DNA from: Bugula neritina
Lineage: Eukaryota; Animalia; Bryozoa
Direction of reading: 5' to 3'
Assembly (NCBI GenBank): GCA_964035545.1
Contig: OZ037765.1
Span: forward strand, 8,504,698 to 8,568,697
DNA: 64,000 nt
Within the stretch, counting starts at the first letter, position 1. Each line of letters starts with the position of its first letter. The notes beneath the pieces are model-generated. The model was not told the DNA's origin and made no database searches. It was given only the letters and a program-made list of their open reading frames with translations. Of the stretch, positions 12,919 through 25,478 are shown one piece after another. A program made the translations under genes and the position numbers.

Positions 12919-14348
12919 TCAACGATCAACTGTTTCATCTCGTTTACGTTTCCCATGCCTTCTTACAACACCAGATGTAGATATTCTTTCTGACTCTCTG
13001 ATCTCCCACTTAATGGTGTGTAATAAACTGTCTTGACCTTTTTCAAATAAATACCTTTCAACATTCTCCAATTTTGCTGTACACACAACCTTTTCTTTGT
13101 ATGATGAATTTTGAGCTGCATCCATGATAACTTTAAATCGGCCTTGATAGAGCTGTAAATACATGCATGTCCATATATTTTATAACAATCATGCTCGAAT
13201 TAACTAATATTTTTTGCAACAAAAATCAACCTATTATGGCAATACAATAGAAAGTAATGTTGACATAATTAAGATTTTATAACTGTGTCATCTCATATTT
13301 TTGCTGGCAAGAAAAATTCCACTGAAACTAACCCAAGCACAGCAGCTAACTTCTTATATAAAATCTGCTTCTATAACATGACATAGAGTGTATGTATTTC
13401 ATAGAACATAATAAAGTCAAATTAAAACTTTTAAATAGCATCGGCAGCCTCAACTCTAGTAATATAGCCCATGATAGTTAGGAAATATCACTTGCATAAT
13501 TAAAAGATACTAAGAGCTTCATGTTAGTAGTTACAATAGTTTATGTTAAAACTGAAGAAAGAAACGAAAACTAATGAATTCCGTTCAGTAGTTTGAGATC
13601 ATAACTATGGCCATTTTAAATTAAGCTTTGAGGTTAAACATAGTAATTGATTATAAGAATATTGCTAAAATATCACAAACATGATGTTCCTAGTTTGGAT
13701 TTCTGTCAATGAGATTGGTTATGGGTATTGCCTATTACTGTACATTACACACACATATTCATCATATTTGTCTCACCTGCCGAACAGAAGCCATGATGTC
13801 CTTAGCCTGGATAGAATCAATAAGGGGCATCTTCATAGCCAAATTATAAAAGTTTGGACAAAGTGCATGAAGATCCACAACCTCTGCCTCAGCTTTGTAG
13901 ATGTCTCGATAAGATTCTTTGAAGGGTTTCGGTATGCTAACTGAGATAACATGCTTATCATCATTCTTCAGCTTTTGAGCTAGCCAAAACGGCAACTCAA
14001 TTTTAGTCCCTTTAGTTAAATCTTCATCATCAGAACTAGGATTCAAGTAGCCTTGGAAAGAAAAAGTGCATCAATTGAGCATACAATATTGTCAACCACA
14101 AGTGTCTAATTACACAAACACTTCCAAACATACATGAAATCAATTTATTTAGGAGTTATAGCTGCATCACATTCAATTTACTATTTTTGAAAAAATATAA
14201 TAATTAATAATATTAACTATACAAGTATTGTCCATTGACAATTTCAACTTTAAGTCTTACCAAGGCCCTTAATATTCATGTCTAGAGTACAGCTCAGCAG
14301 TTCACCCGTCGTAAGAATGTCATCCAAATCCAGATAATGCGAATTCAT
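12919..14348 (-). CDS. GINS3: DNA replication complex GINS subunit PSF3
   Basis: Exons 14348-14261, 14051-13777, 13152-12919: MNSHYLDLDDIL..GLGYLNPSS..GTKIELPFWLA..VDLHALCPNFY..GRFKVIMDAAQN..LENVERYLF. Confidence 0.92.
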
Positions 14349-16394
14349 TTCTTTATCTTATAGCTTTTCTAAGCACAAAGTTAAAATGTACATCAAAATA
14401 ACAACTTGCTAAAAGTAAATTTAAGTCAAGGCGCTATATTTTTAATCGAGCTAACTCAGTAAGTGTAACATAATAACAAATAAACAATACATAATACTAT
14501 TACTAATAGTAATACTATAAGTATAAGACCAAGAATAACGCCAACACAAACAGTAAGTGTAACCCAGTCTGAGCCTCGCCAACTCAAACTGTGCAGCAAA
14601 AACACAATAGTCAAAATGAAGAGGTAACATCAACATCATTATCTGACTCTACTACTGTTATAGTACTACTCTAGTACTCGTCTACTAGTACTAGTACTAG
14701 TAGTTACTGTTAGTACTAGTAGTAGTAGAAAGATTCAGTAATAGTAATAGTAAACGTAATTTTATAACTGTTGAATTTGTTATACTTATTAATATTATAA
14801 ATATAATTACTAAAACTAAAACTCAGTAAAAGTAAATCACTAGTAGACGTACTTAAACTCAATTTGAATTACAATAGTCATTACGAATACTAATAGTAAT
14901 AGTATTAGCATTGACTAGTGTTATTGTAATTGTAATTCAATTTCAAATTGAGTTTAACAATAACTACCGTTACTACGTCTAACTCTATGACTAGTCTATT
15001 GCCATTGGATTGGGCATTGGCTATGCCTAAATTACTATAAAGTATAAAGTGTTAAGATAAACATAATATTAACTTCAGAGACAATAACCCAAAGCACACT
15101 ATCTAGACTCTAGAGCAATCAATTATCATAGCTGAGTATAAGTATTACTATTAGTAAGTGTTTCAGAGTGAGATTGTCAGTTATTGTGATGATTATTATA
15201 CCGAGTTAAAATTCAATGATTACGGGTTCAGATTAAGCGCCTAGTAAATATTCCTAAGCGAAAGATAATACGCTAGTGCGAACACTTGCGTTCCTTTATC
15301 GATAGTTTAGCCTATGAAGCCCTGGGCAACATTTTCGCCAAAACAAGTTTGAGAAAGTCAAACTGGATTTCCTACTAAAATTTCCAGAATAATAGACAAT
15401 AGTAGTAGAACTAGCAGTAGACGTAGTAATACGAATAATAAAACTTAAACTACTCAGTCATAATTGATATAATAGTGAAAATACTAATAGTGCTTGATCT
15501 AAAGCCTTGTATCCTGTAAAGACTTGAAGCTAAAAAGCTTCAGTTTTTACGGCAGCGACAGAGCTAGACAGGTAAACTAAGAGTTTTACTGTAAGACTAA
15601 GAGTAAGAGTGGCGGCGATTGACTTTCAGTTTCACGTTCAGTAACTAAGTAAGACTAAGAGTAAGTGTAACTCAAGCTGTAGGAGTAAAACTAAGAGTAA
15701 GTGTAACCCCAACATTAAAAATGTGCCATTTTTACCTACTCTTCCACTTGTGACATTGTTACTAAATATCAGCATCACTATGAACAGTGAAGTATTAGTA
15801 TGAGTATGACTATTTTATTAATATTAGTATTACTATTAGTAACACTAATTAGCATTATCATTATTATTAGTATAACTGTATAAATATTAGTATTAGTATT
15901 ACTATTGCTATTAGTATTAGTATAGGCATTGCAGTTGCTCACTGTTACTATTAGTATTAGTATTAGTATTAGATTTAGACTTAGTTTTACTCTTAGTATT
16001 ATGTAATATGAGTATAACTATAACTTAACTATGAAAGTATAACTCAGTATTACGTTATTACAGTATGAGTTTGAGTATGACTGATAGTAGTATTACAACT
16101 GCATGTATAACCTGGTTATATCATAACAATATGATAAAATTCAAGTATTACTATTATTAATAGTGCAACTTGAGTAAAATCTAACATCAGTATAGTTTTC
16201 ATACAGGTCAATAGTATTTTGATGAATATGTTTTATAGCATTGCTATATATGTTTATGGCAAAATTGTCTACTTGGTTTACATGTTGATTAGACGTAAGT
16301 GGTAACTAAATATGTAGTCTAAATATGGGCATCATTGATTCTATTTATAGATAACGTATACAGCATAAGAAACGAGCATAAGATACAGACCAAA

Positions 16395-19300
16395 ATGCCG
16401 CCGACACTTTTTGATAGGATACCATTTGCCACTCTTCAAAATTTTGTTTTATTTTCCTTCGTTGGATTTGGGTCCTGCTTATTTTTTGCTTGGAGTAATG
16501 CTAAAGATTATATGATAGAATCCATGAACAGCACCAAAAATTTTACCGATTTAGAATATGATTTAATATTTAACAGTCTTACATTCTCGCAATACACCCG
16601 GTACTTAACTATGGCTGTTACCTCACAGTTTTGGACTATATTGGTAAGCTGCAATAATGATAACACTTTAGTTTTCATTCATGAATTAATTTCAAGTGTT
16701 TAACTTATATTTTCAACACACTTATGAATAATTTATCTTTCAATAATATTATAGCCATGTACTCTCTAATTTTTTTATGTGTGAATTATTTAAAATTTCT
16801 ATAGACTTGGATATGTTTCTGTGTACTCATGAATGTGCGCATGTTTTAGACTTTGATTAACATGTGCTGCTGCATACTAGCCTTGATTGGAAAAGGCATA
16901 CAGTTAATTGTGTTTGGGACTTTGAGAGTTAGTGAGTTGCAGGTTTGTCTTCCAACTTTACTAGTATAACTGTCAATCATTATGACAATTAGTTTGAGTA
17001 GTAGCATTCAAAACATAGATTATATTTATGTGTTTTTAATGGAAATTAGTTTTCTCAGTTTTTTTTTCTGTTTCATCTGTAATAAAGTACACAGAGCCTT
17101 TCTATAATATGGTTTTATAATGCTGTAGCAACTTCGTGAGCGCTTCTGGAACTTTGTATTCTACAAATTTATCTTCATCTTTGGCATACTCAATGTACAG
17201 TACATGAGTGATGCCCTAATGTGGACTGCATGGTTTACCCTTCTCTGTTCCCTTCAGATGCTCGCTCAGTTATGTAAATACAGATTTGAATATGTAAGTA
17301 ATATAATGCAAAATGCAATATATGTGCAATTGTGATTTTAATTCTATTTTGGTAAGAAGCGCATCTAATTTTATTTTGTTTTCGAAGTTATGTACGTCTC
17401 ACCTAATTTAAAATGACAGGATACATTTGACACTGACTGTTGTAGCTGTCAACCTGCATGTTCACTGACTACACCTTATTGTAGTTGTCATGCTCACCGG
17501 CCACACCAAAGGCACACCACATAAAACTTATATCACTACTTACTATAATACTCCTCCTATCATTTTGCCTTATCGCTGCTTCAATTACTACTGCTATCCA
17601 TACGGACTGGAATATATTTTTCTTTATGGTTGCGGAATGCTTGTTGCTGACAGTGAAAACAAGTTATGTATTGACTAAGTAAGTGCCTTAATTTATTGAC
17701 ATTGGTCATGTGATATAGTTAATCTGAAATTTTTCTTTTGTTTTAATTTTTCTCAATTGCGATGACGTTTAAAATCCGACATCTGCAACAAAGTAAAAGC
17801 TGACACGTTTTGTGTATATGCAGATATGGAATATATTTGATTGACATAAACCATGATGGTTTGTGGGAAACAAGAGGTAGCTTGGCATATTATACTGACC
17901 TTTCATGTGAATTGGCTGTTCTTATAATTGACCTGTCTCACTACTTGCACATGGTGGTAAGTTTTTCAGCTAGTGAGATGTTGATAATCAATATGAGTTG
18001 TTGTCCATTCTTATTGTAGCGCTTTGTGGTGTTAGTTTGTTGTTTTTTCTTCAAAACTGTTTTCTATTTAGAAAAAAGCAAAAGTTGAAATTTCGTTACA
18101 ATACATGTCATTTATAACATGCTTTTGATTATTGGAATGGCTATTGGTTTAATACTTGGGCTCTGGCTCAAGAAAATTTAATTTCAGAGCTAGATAAAGA
18201 TACCTCATTATCAACTTCATTATAATTTAAGATGGCTAGAATTACATTAACTCCTGTCATTTTAGTCACTGAAGTCAGCAAGCATGCAGACTAACTGTGC
18301 TCATGCATCTGCAGGGTTCAATAATATCATTTTCAATTGCTACTTTGCCATCATTTCATTGAATTTATATAAATATTTATTCCTCTCAATATTGTATAAT
18401 TGCAGATATGGAGTAACATTTTTCTTAGTATGGCCAGTTTAGTTATACTGATGCAAGTGAGACACTTGTTTAATGAGTTACAAAAACGAATTAGTCGTCA
18501 TAGAAATTACCAAAAAGTTGTCAAAAGTATGGAAGCAAGGTTTGCTGAAGCAACTGATGAAGAAATTATGAAATATGATGACAGTTGTGCTATATGCTGG
18601 GACAAAATGCAGCGAGCCAGAAAACTACCCTGTGGTCATTTGTTTCATAAGTTAGTTTTTATCTCCTAGATGTTGCATATATCCATATTGGTGAAATTAA
18701 GTGTTTTTAATTTGTTTAATTATAATTTATAAAATTTATAAAAATATGTATCATTAACTAGGTTCAGTAAATGAGACCTGTAAATTGAGAGATAGCTTAC
18801 ATCAATGAATTATGTTTTAGCCCATGCTTGAGATCATGGTTAGCGCAAGACATTTCGTGCCCAACTTGTCGGGTCAGCTTGAGTGAGCAGAAGACTAGGA
18901 ATTTAACAGAAGATGAGGAAGTTATTCGTCAGATGGACAATAATAATGATGCTATGGTCAGGCATAGAGACAGACCTTTAAGACAAGACGATGAAGGGAG
19001 GTCTGAGATACGAAACCATTTTTTTGAATTTGATGGTAAGAGTTGGAATCGGCAACCTTGACAATTTTTATGAATATATGGAGTTTTTGAAATTGTATTC
19101 TAAACCTGTGCAGTACTGCTGTTTTTGTGACTTGAATGTTGGTAATGTCAGTAACGGGAAGCAATCTCAAATGTGCGAAAAGAAATGAAGTTTGTAATTG
19201 GTTTATTTCAGCCACCCAATACATAAGCTGGCTACCGAGATTCTCTGTTGCTGTAACTCGTCTGACTGGTCGCCAACCTGTTCAGCTGAATTCCATGGTC

Positions 19301-21055
19301 AGTGTTCTACTTTCTATTATTATGCAATTCAAACTTATTCTCAATTTTTCAAAGTTGATCAGCAATAACAAGTGAAGTATTTATAATGGCCTCTCTAAAT
19401 AAAATATATTCTGTATCCATGTCCTCAAATTACTTGCAGCTTGACTTTTTCAAACTAAAAAATCACTTGGGTCAATGCGAGGCTAAAGCTGTCTTTATAA
19501 TTGATGCCAAAATTCTCAACACCCCCCATCTGCTCAAATGGCTAATGTTTGTTGGGATGAGATGTTAACACCTCACTACTTGTAATAAAAATTGAAACAG
19601 CAATTACAATTTGCTGTTTCTGAAAACACTCCTATGATTTTTTTAATTTCTTTGTAGGCAAGAGAGGTGCAGAATCTATTTCCTAGCATATCACTTGCTT
19701 CAATTTTAGAAGATTTAAGAACAACTCAGTCTGTTGAGATTACTGTTGATAACATCTTAGAAGGACGATTAATTATATTGGTGAGTAGAGGTGGTGAAAG
19801 TTATCGAGTATTAAAATTGCCCATTTCTATGCTTTTATCAGCCAGTTGAATTTATGATTTATCCCAGACAAATGGCAGCGATGACTCATCAGAATATGAG
19901 AGTGACAGTGAAGACAATGTTGCAAGTGTCACTGAAGAGGCTAATCCAACTCCAGCACACACAGAAACAGGAAATAGCAATCCGCAATTACATACCAATA
20001 CACCTTACGAGGAGTAAGTTCATGAGATTCTTGCTATTATTTATTCAAAAAGCATTTAGCAAGTTATCTAGTCATTGCATCATTAAGTGATATTGCAGCT
20101 ATCCTGCGAGCAGTGCTACTGATACTCAAGACAATCAGGAATTGTTTCCAGAAGATCCAAATTCTAGGCATCAACTCTTACAAGGACGAAAATTAGAAAT
20201 GCAAAATGTGGGGCTGCGGTAAGTTGTCCTAAAAATAATCATATATTGTGAGTTTAAGGGGAAAAGAGTAAAGTTATCCTTTTTTTGTTACCAAATATTT
20301 TCAAAAAACTAATTTAAAAAGCAATATTAGAAAGAAAATAAAATAACAGGCTACCTCTTCGATTCTATAATTGTATTACGGAAAGTTGTATATGAAGCAT
20401 TTTAGTGACTATTTTATTAATTTCATATATTACAGGGTCTACATTTGGGTCATTTTACTTAATTTAGTAGGCCTACACACTGGAAATTTCCAGTTTTTAG
20501 CTATTTTTCACAATTCAGCTGCTAATGAACAAGGGTTTTTGCTCAAAACTAGTAAAATTTCAATAAATACATCTAAATAATCAAGGTTCTTCCTAATCTT
20601 GATTGATTTTCCATGTTTTTTCCTAATTATTCAGCTACTTTTGATTGCAGACCGTTACAAAAAAACCATAACGGTCTGCAATCAAAAGTAGCTAAATAAT
20701 TAGGAAAAAACATGGAAAATCAATCAAAATTAAAAAGAACCTTGATTATTTGTGTGTTGATTGACATTCAACTAGTTTTGGGCAAAAAACCATGTTCATT
20801 AGCAGCTAAATTGTGAAAAATAGCTAAAAACTGGAAACTTCCGGTGTGTACTAAATTAAGTAAAATGACTCATTTTAAAATTCTGCCATTTTCAGTTTTG
20901 ATAAGTGTTATGTATTGAATTTTCTACATATATATAGTTTGTGAAGAAGACAATATTTTATATTTTACAGAAGATACTATGCTCAAAATAGGAATGAAGC
21001 ATCATCTTCACATGCTAGTAATGCAGCTGAAACAGAAGACAATAAGTCGAAATAA
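16395..21055 (+). CDS. AMFR: E3 ubiquitin ligase AMFR/gp78 (TM domain, RING-H2, CUE, G2BR-like); ~12 coding exons
   Basis: IVFGTLRVSE, RERFWNFVFYKFIFIFGILNVQ, WETRGSLAYY, LHMVIWSNIFLSMASLVI, RING CAICWDKMQRARKLPCGHLFH..CLRSWL..SCPTCR, SWLPRFSV, CUE VQNLFPSI..TQSVEITVDNILEG. Last exon 20971-21055 inferred. Confidence 0.92.
20446..20872. mobile_element. Foldback/MITE-like long inverted repeat in last AMFR intron
   Basis: ~210-bp imperfect arms (20446-20657 and 20669-20872) around an 11-nt loop: ..GATTGCAGACCGTTA caaaaaaacca TAACGGTCTGCAATC..; no clear TSD. Confidence 0.8.
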
Positions 21056-21897
21056 GAATGTAATTACTGTTGAACTACTCAATTTATTTAATCATTACAT
21101 AATATTATTTATTGTACAAATAACTTTCTGTGCATGTATTTACAGATCTTCACCATATTTTTATTACTATATTGTCTCAATGCATTGTTCTGATCATCAG
21201 CCAGTAATCTTCATTTTGCCTGTAAATAGAAAAGCATATTTTTACATTGGATTACATGCTGTGATTGGCCAGTACTACTGCTTAGATAATCACAGTGATT
21301 GAAAATATAAATATGTGCAAGTACTTGAGAGCAGATAACTTTACTGAACAAAATATTCACACTTTATAAAAATCGCTGGGATGGTTCACTGTAAGGCATA
21401 AGCTGATATGTCAAGACAACAAACAAGTCTGTGCTAACAAGACTAGTAACGGTCTTTACCATTTTGATACTATTAACATGATCGTGTTAATAGTTTTGAA
21501 AACATGCATGGTAGTATTGTAATTTGTTCACAGTACAATATTCTAAGCTTTTGCCATGATGTATGAGGAGTGGATTATTATATGTTTGCTTTTGATTGGT
21601 TCAGTGTGTCATTATTGCCATAGCTCATTGCTCAACCAATTTGTAATAGTAATTTTATTGCTAATATTACAATGCATTTTTAAAAGAAATACTGCATTTA
21701 GCTTTGTTTAGCACCACATACTTTTTATAGTAGTCTATAATAGCGCAATGTCATCCAAACAGCAATAATAAATATGTTTAATTGACAGAGTTGCAGAACA
21801 TCAGTGCATGCCTGGAATGTTATTTAAACAAGTATTACTGTATTAGACAAAATGGTCACTCACCACTGGCTGAAGAGTGTAGACTGTAGAACATATT

Positions 21898-24050
21898 TTA
21901 CCCAATGAAATTCATCACAACCAGATGTAGCACTACATGTGCAAATATGAAATCTCCAAACGCTCTTTCAGGGCTGATGGAACTGAAATCTGCTTTATTT
22001 TCAGAGTTGGATTGAACACGCAAACATACTAAAACATAGTGTAGCAATAAAAATTATAAGCAATAATAAAGATACAAAATTATAGTTTCTTAATTGCAAA
22101 TAATACAGAACTTTTAAAATCTATCAAGTTTTTTGTTTAGGTTTGAGTAGGTTTACTCAAGTCTGCATTTCGATGTAGTTAATTATCATATTGATATGAC
22201 TGTCTCTGGAACTTGTCAAGATTACAAATAATTCCAACATAGTTGTTTTTTATGCTGCAAATGAGTAACACTTTACATGTATTTATTAACAACTTTTATG
22301 GTATTGATAACTTAGTTTTAAAATTGTTAGAAAAAAGTCTATTACCATATCTAGTAAACGTCTAGGCATCAAAAATTTGCCATGTGTAACTATATTATAT
22401 AAACAAATCAATTGTGAAAAAAGTTCTATTATTCAATGTTATAGAAAAGATGACTTTAAAATTTAGGTATGAATACTATTGCTAATAATTGGAGCTTTCC
22501 CATGATTTTTTAGACTGTATAGTTGCAGAATAGAAACTTCATATGCAAGTTTTACAATTTCATTGCAGTTGAAACTATGGTTCCTTGTTGTATACAGGTC
22601 ATGCTTCAAAATGATTTCTAAGAAATATAATCAATAATTTAGGAAATGAAACTTTATTAAGGTTATCTAATTATTAAAGGTCAAACTACCCGTGTCATCC
22701 CACTTAGACGATTCCCAGTTAGACGATATTTATAGATTTTAGTGTAATATATGTATTTTTTACTATTATTTAGCACATAATAGAAAGCAAAGAAGCCACC
22801 AGCAAGTCACTTACAGCAACAATGCTTCTATAAAGCCATCTTGCACAAACCTTAAACTTGTAGGTAAAAGATAGACAAAATATAATAAGAAAAAGTTGTA
22901 ATATAGCAGTACGTGACATACCATGAAATGGATTTGTGCATTTTATTCTGTTATGCTATAGCTGTTATTCTGAATAAAATAAACTGCAGCTAAATTAGTA
23001 TTGAGTTAAAACAAATAGCTGGCTTGGTAGCTTATTTCATGTTTAGCAGTAAATGCGACAGTTATATTTGTATATTACTATATATATTGTACCGAAATTA
23101 AAAAAATCGTCTAAGTGGGATGAAACCAAACTACCATTTCATTAATGTCCGGTCTACCAAATTTAATCATCTTGTATTTATAACTGCAACATTAACAAGA
23201 ATGCTTCCTTTAGAACAAAAATTATATAAAATATGTTTATACATTTTAATTTACAGCAACTGTAAAAGTAACAAATTTTAATTTGCCCATTTTTATTACA
23301 TAATTATAATATGTTAATATATATTTAGTAATTATCGATAGTTATACTCTATACTTTAATATTAAATTTAATACTAGTAACAGTAACACTAACTACTAAA
23401 TTTTAATTAAGAATTACAGCTAGAAGTAGATTAGCACAAAAATACTCAGATAATACTAAAAACTAAAAGTAAATCTAATAGTAATACTAATTGGCATTTA
23501 ATGTTATCTTAGTTATGCTGTCATTCTGATTGTCATTGTGATAGTAATTGTAACAAACTCAAAGTGACAGCAGCAATCTGAATCACAGCTACTGTAAGTC
23601 ACGAACTCTAATAAAGATTTAGGGTAACTGTACGTGTAAACGAACAACTAAACTAAAAGTATAGCTGAATATCATAATCGACAACTATTACTATAGTCTA
23701 TAAGTATAAGTGAAATAACTTGACGTCAAACTGAAAGTGAAACTGAATGAAACCAGAATAGCAACCCCGACGGCGACATGCCTACGGGCCATGGTTGATA
23801 TGAATTTAAAGTATAAACACATTTTGGAATAAATCTTACCTCCAAGGACAAATGATCCAACACAAGATACAAAGCCGGACAAAAAGGAGTTGAAGGGGAA
23901 TGTTCCCACAAGGCAACAGTAAACAAATTGAATTATTCCGGTAATGAGAATATAGAAAAGATAAGCGTCTACAATTTTTAGTTTTCTTGGCGTAGAATTA
24001 ACATAGGATTCATAGAACTTAGATATTACAGAAACCAGTGATTCTCCCAT
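21898..24050 (-). CDS. DAD1: Oligosaccharyltransferase subunit DAD1/OST2
   Basis: Exons 24050-23840 and 22028-21898: [71 protein letters not shown]. Confidence 0.97.
22691..23127. mobile_element. Non-autonomous DNA transposon (MITE) with 8-9 bp TSD in DAD1 intron
   Basis: TIR core TCATCCCACTTAGACGATT (22695-22713) inverted at 23105-23123; flanking direct repeat (C)AAACTACC at 22682-22690 and 23127-23135. Confidence 0.8.
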
Positions 24051-24189
24051 GATGATGCAACACAAATTAATAAAGCAACCCAGACAGCTCAAGCTGGTCG
24101 TTCAGAAATTGCAGTAATATATTAATAAAATTACACAGCTCTTCAATAAGAATTTTTTGGACGTGTATTCTCAAACGGAAACAAGTAAG

Positions 24190-24335
24190 CAGTAACCAAT
24201 CAGAGTTAACTACGCACTGCACCAAGAATTCAGCAATCGGCTTTTTCTGACCAATGACAAGTTGTGACAAGTTGCAAAGTGTCACGTGATTATATTGAGC
24301 GTACAAATGTCACGTGACGCACACGCCATTGTTTA
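24190..24335. promoter_or_regulatory. Bidirectional DAD1 / ZNF507-like promoter core
   Basis: CCAAT boxes at 24196 and 24251, two GTCACGTGA E-boxes (24281-24289, 24309-24317), YY1-like CGCCATT (24324-24330), between divergent genes. Confidence 0.65.
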
Positions 24336-25478
24336 GTTCCACTCATGATGATAGACAAGTTTTACTAGTACTACAGAGATTTTTAATCAATGGACTCAGT
24401 AATGCCAATTATAAACTATTTTGCGTTATGGTTGAGAAATGCATAAATAATAAGATCATTTAAATAATTTATGCTTGCACGTGTAACTAAAACTAGGAAT
24501 TCAATAATTAAATTAAAATTTAATCATTATGATTATCCTGAAGATTATGATTAACAGATTATGATTATAAATATTAAATTTAATAACAATATAATTAATT
24601 AGTTCTATTATTATTATAATTATTAGTAATTATATTATTATTATTAAATAATTATAATATATATCATTATTATATCTCAATCTTAGACTTATGATTATCA
24701 TCATCAATAGATTTAATATTAATAATAATTCATTAATTGCATTTACTTTTACTTTTAATCATTAGACTTAGTGATTAGTCATTAGACTTAGTCATTACAG
24801 TTACTGATAACTCATTTACAATTACTAGGATGATTATCAAAATCGATGTCACATCACAGTAAATGTAATCACTGTCAGTGTCTATGAACTTTATCAGTTT
24901 GAGATTTAGTCTATCATTTAGAGTTGGGGTGAGAGTCTATTATTATGATTATTAGTCTAACTATCTTAAGTCTCTGAGCATCACAATAACTATCAGTATA
25001 AGTATGAGAATTATTCGTATTCAGTGATGAAAGTTAAAGTTTGCTTCAGTATCACCATGATTACCAATCTTATAGTTATTGAATAACTATAAAACAAAAT
25101 TTAATGATAAACCATTAAGTCAAGGTCCATGATTAGGTGCCAAGTGCTGAACAATTACTAAAACTATCATTACTTTTAGTTGATTCCTTACATTTAGTAC
25201 TATTATAAGTATTAGCATTGTTACATTATTACAATTGCTTACTCTATTTCTCACCTAAATTATATAACATTTTCAAGCTAATTTTACAAGCAACTTGTGG
25301 TTAATTTATAGCAATATTTATTTGGCATATGCTGAGCAATCTTCCAAACTATACTTCTCATCTGCTAAATTTTGTGTTAATCGCCTAACGTGGTTGTACA
25401 GATCTAATGTTTTTTACAGGTAGAGGTACCAATGCACTTTCTATAACCCACCGCCTTTAGCATCATTATGATGTTAAA

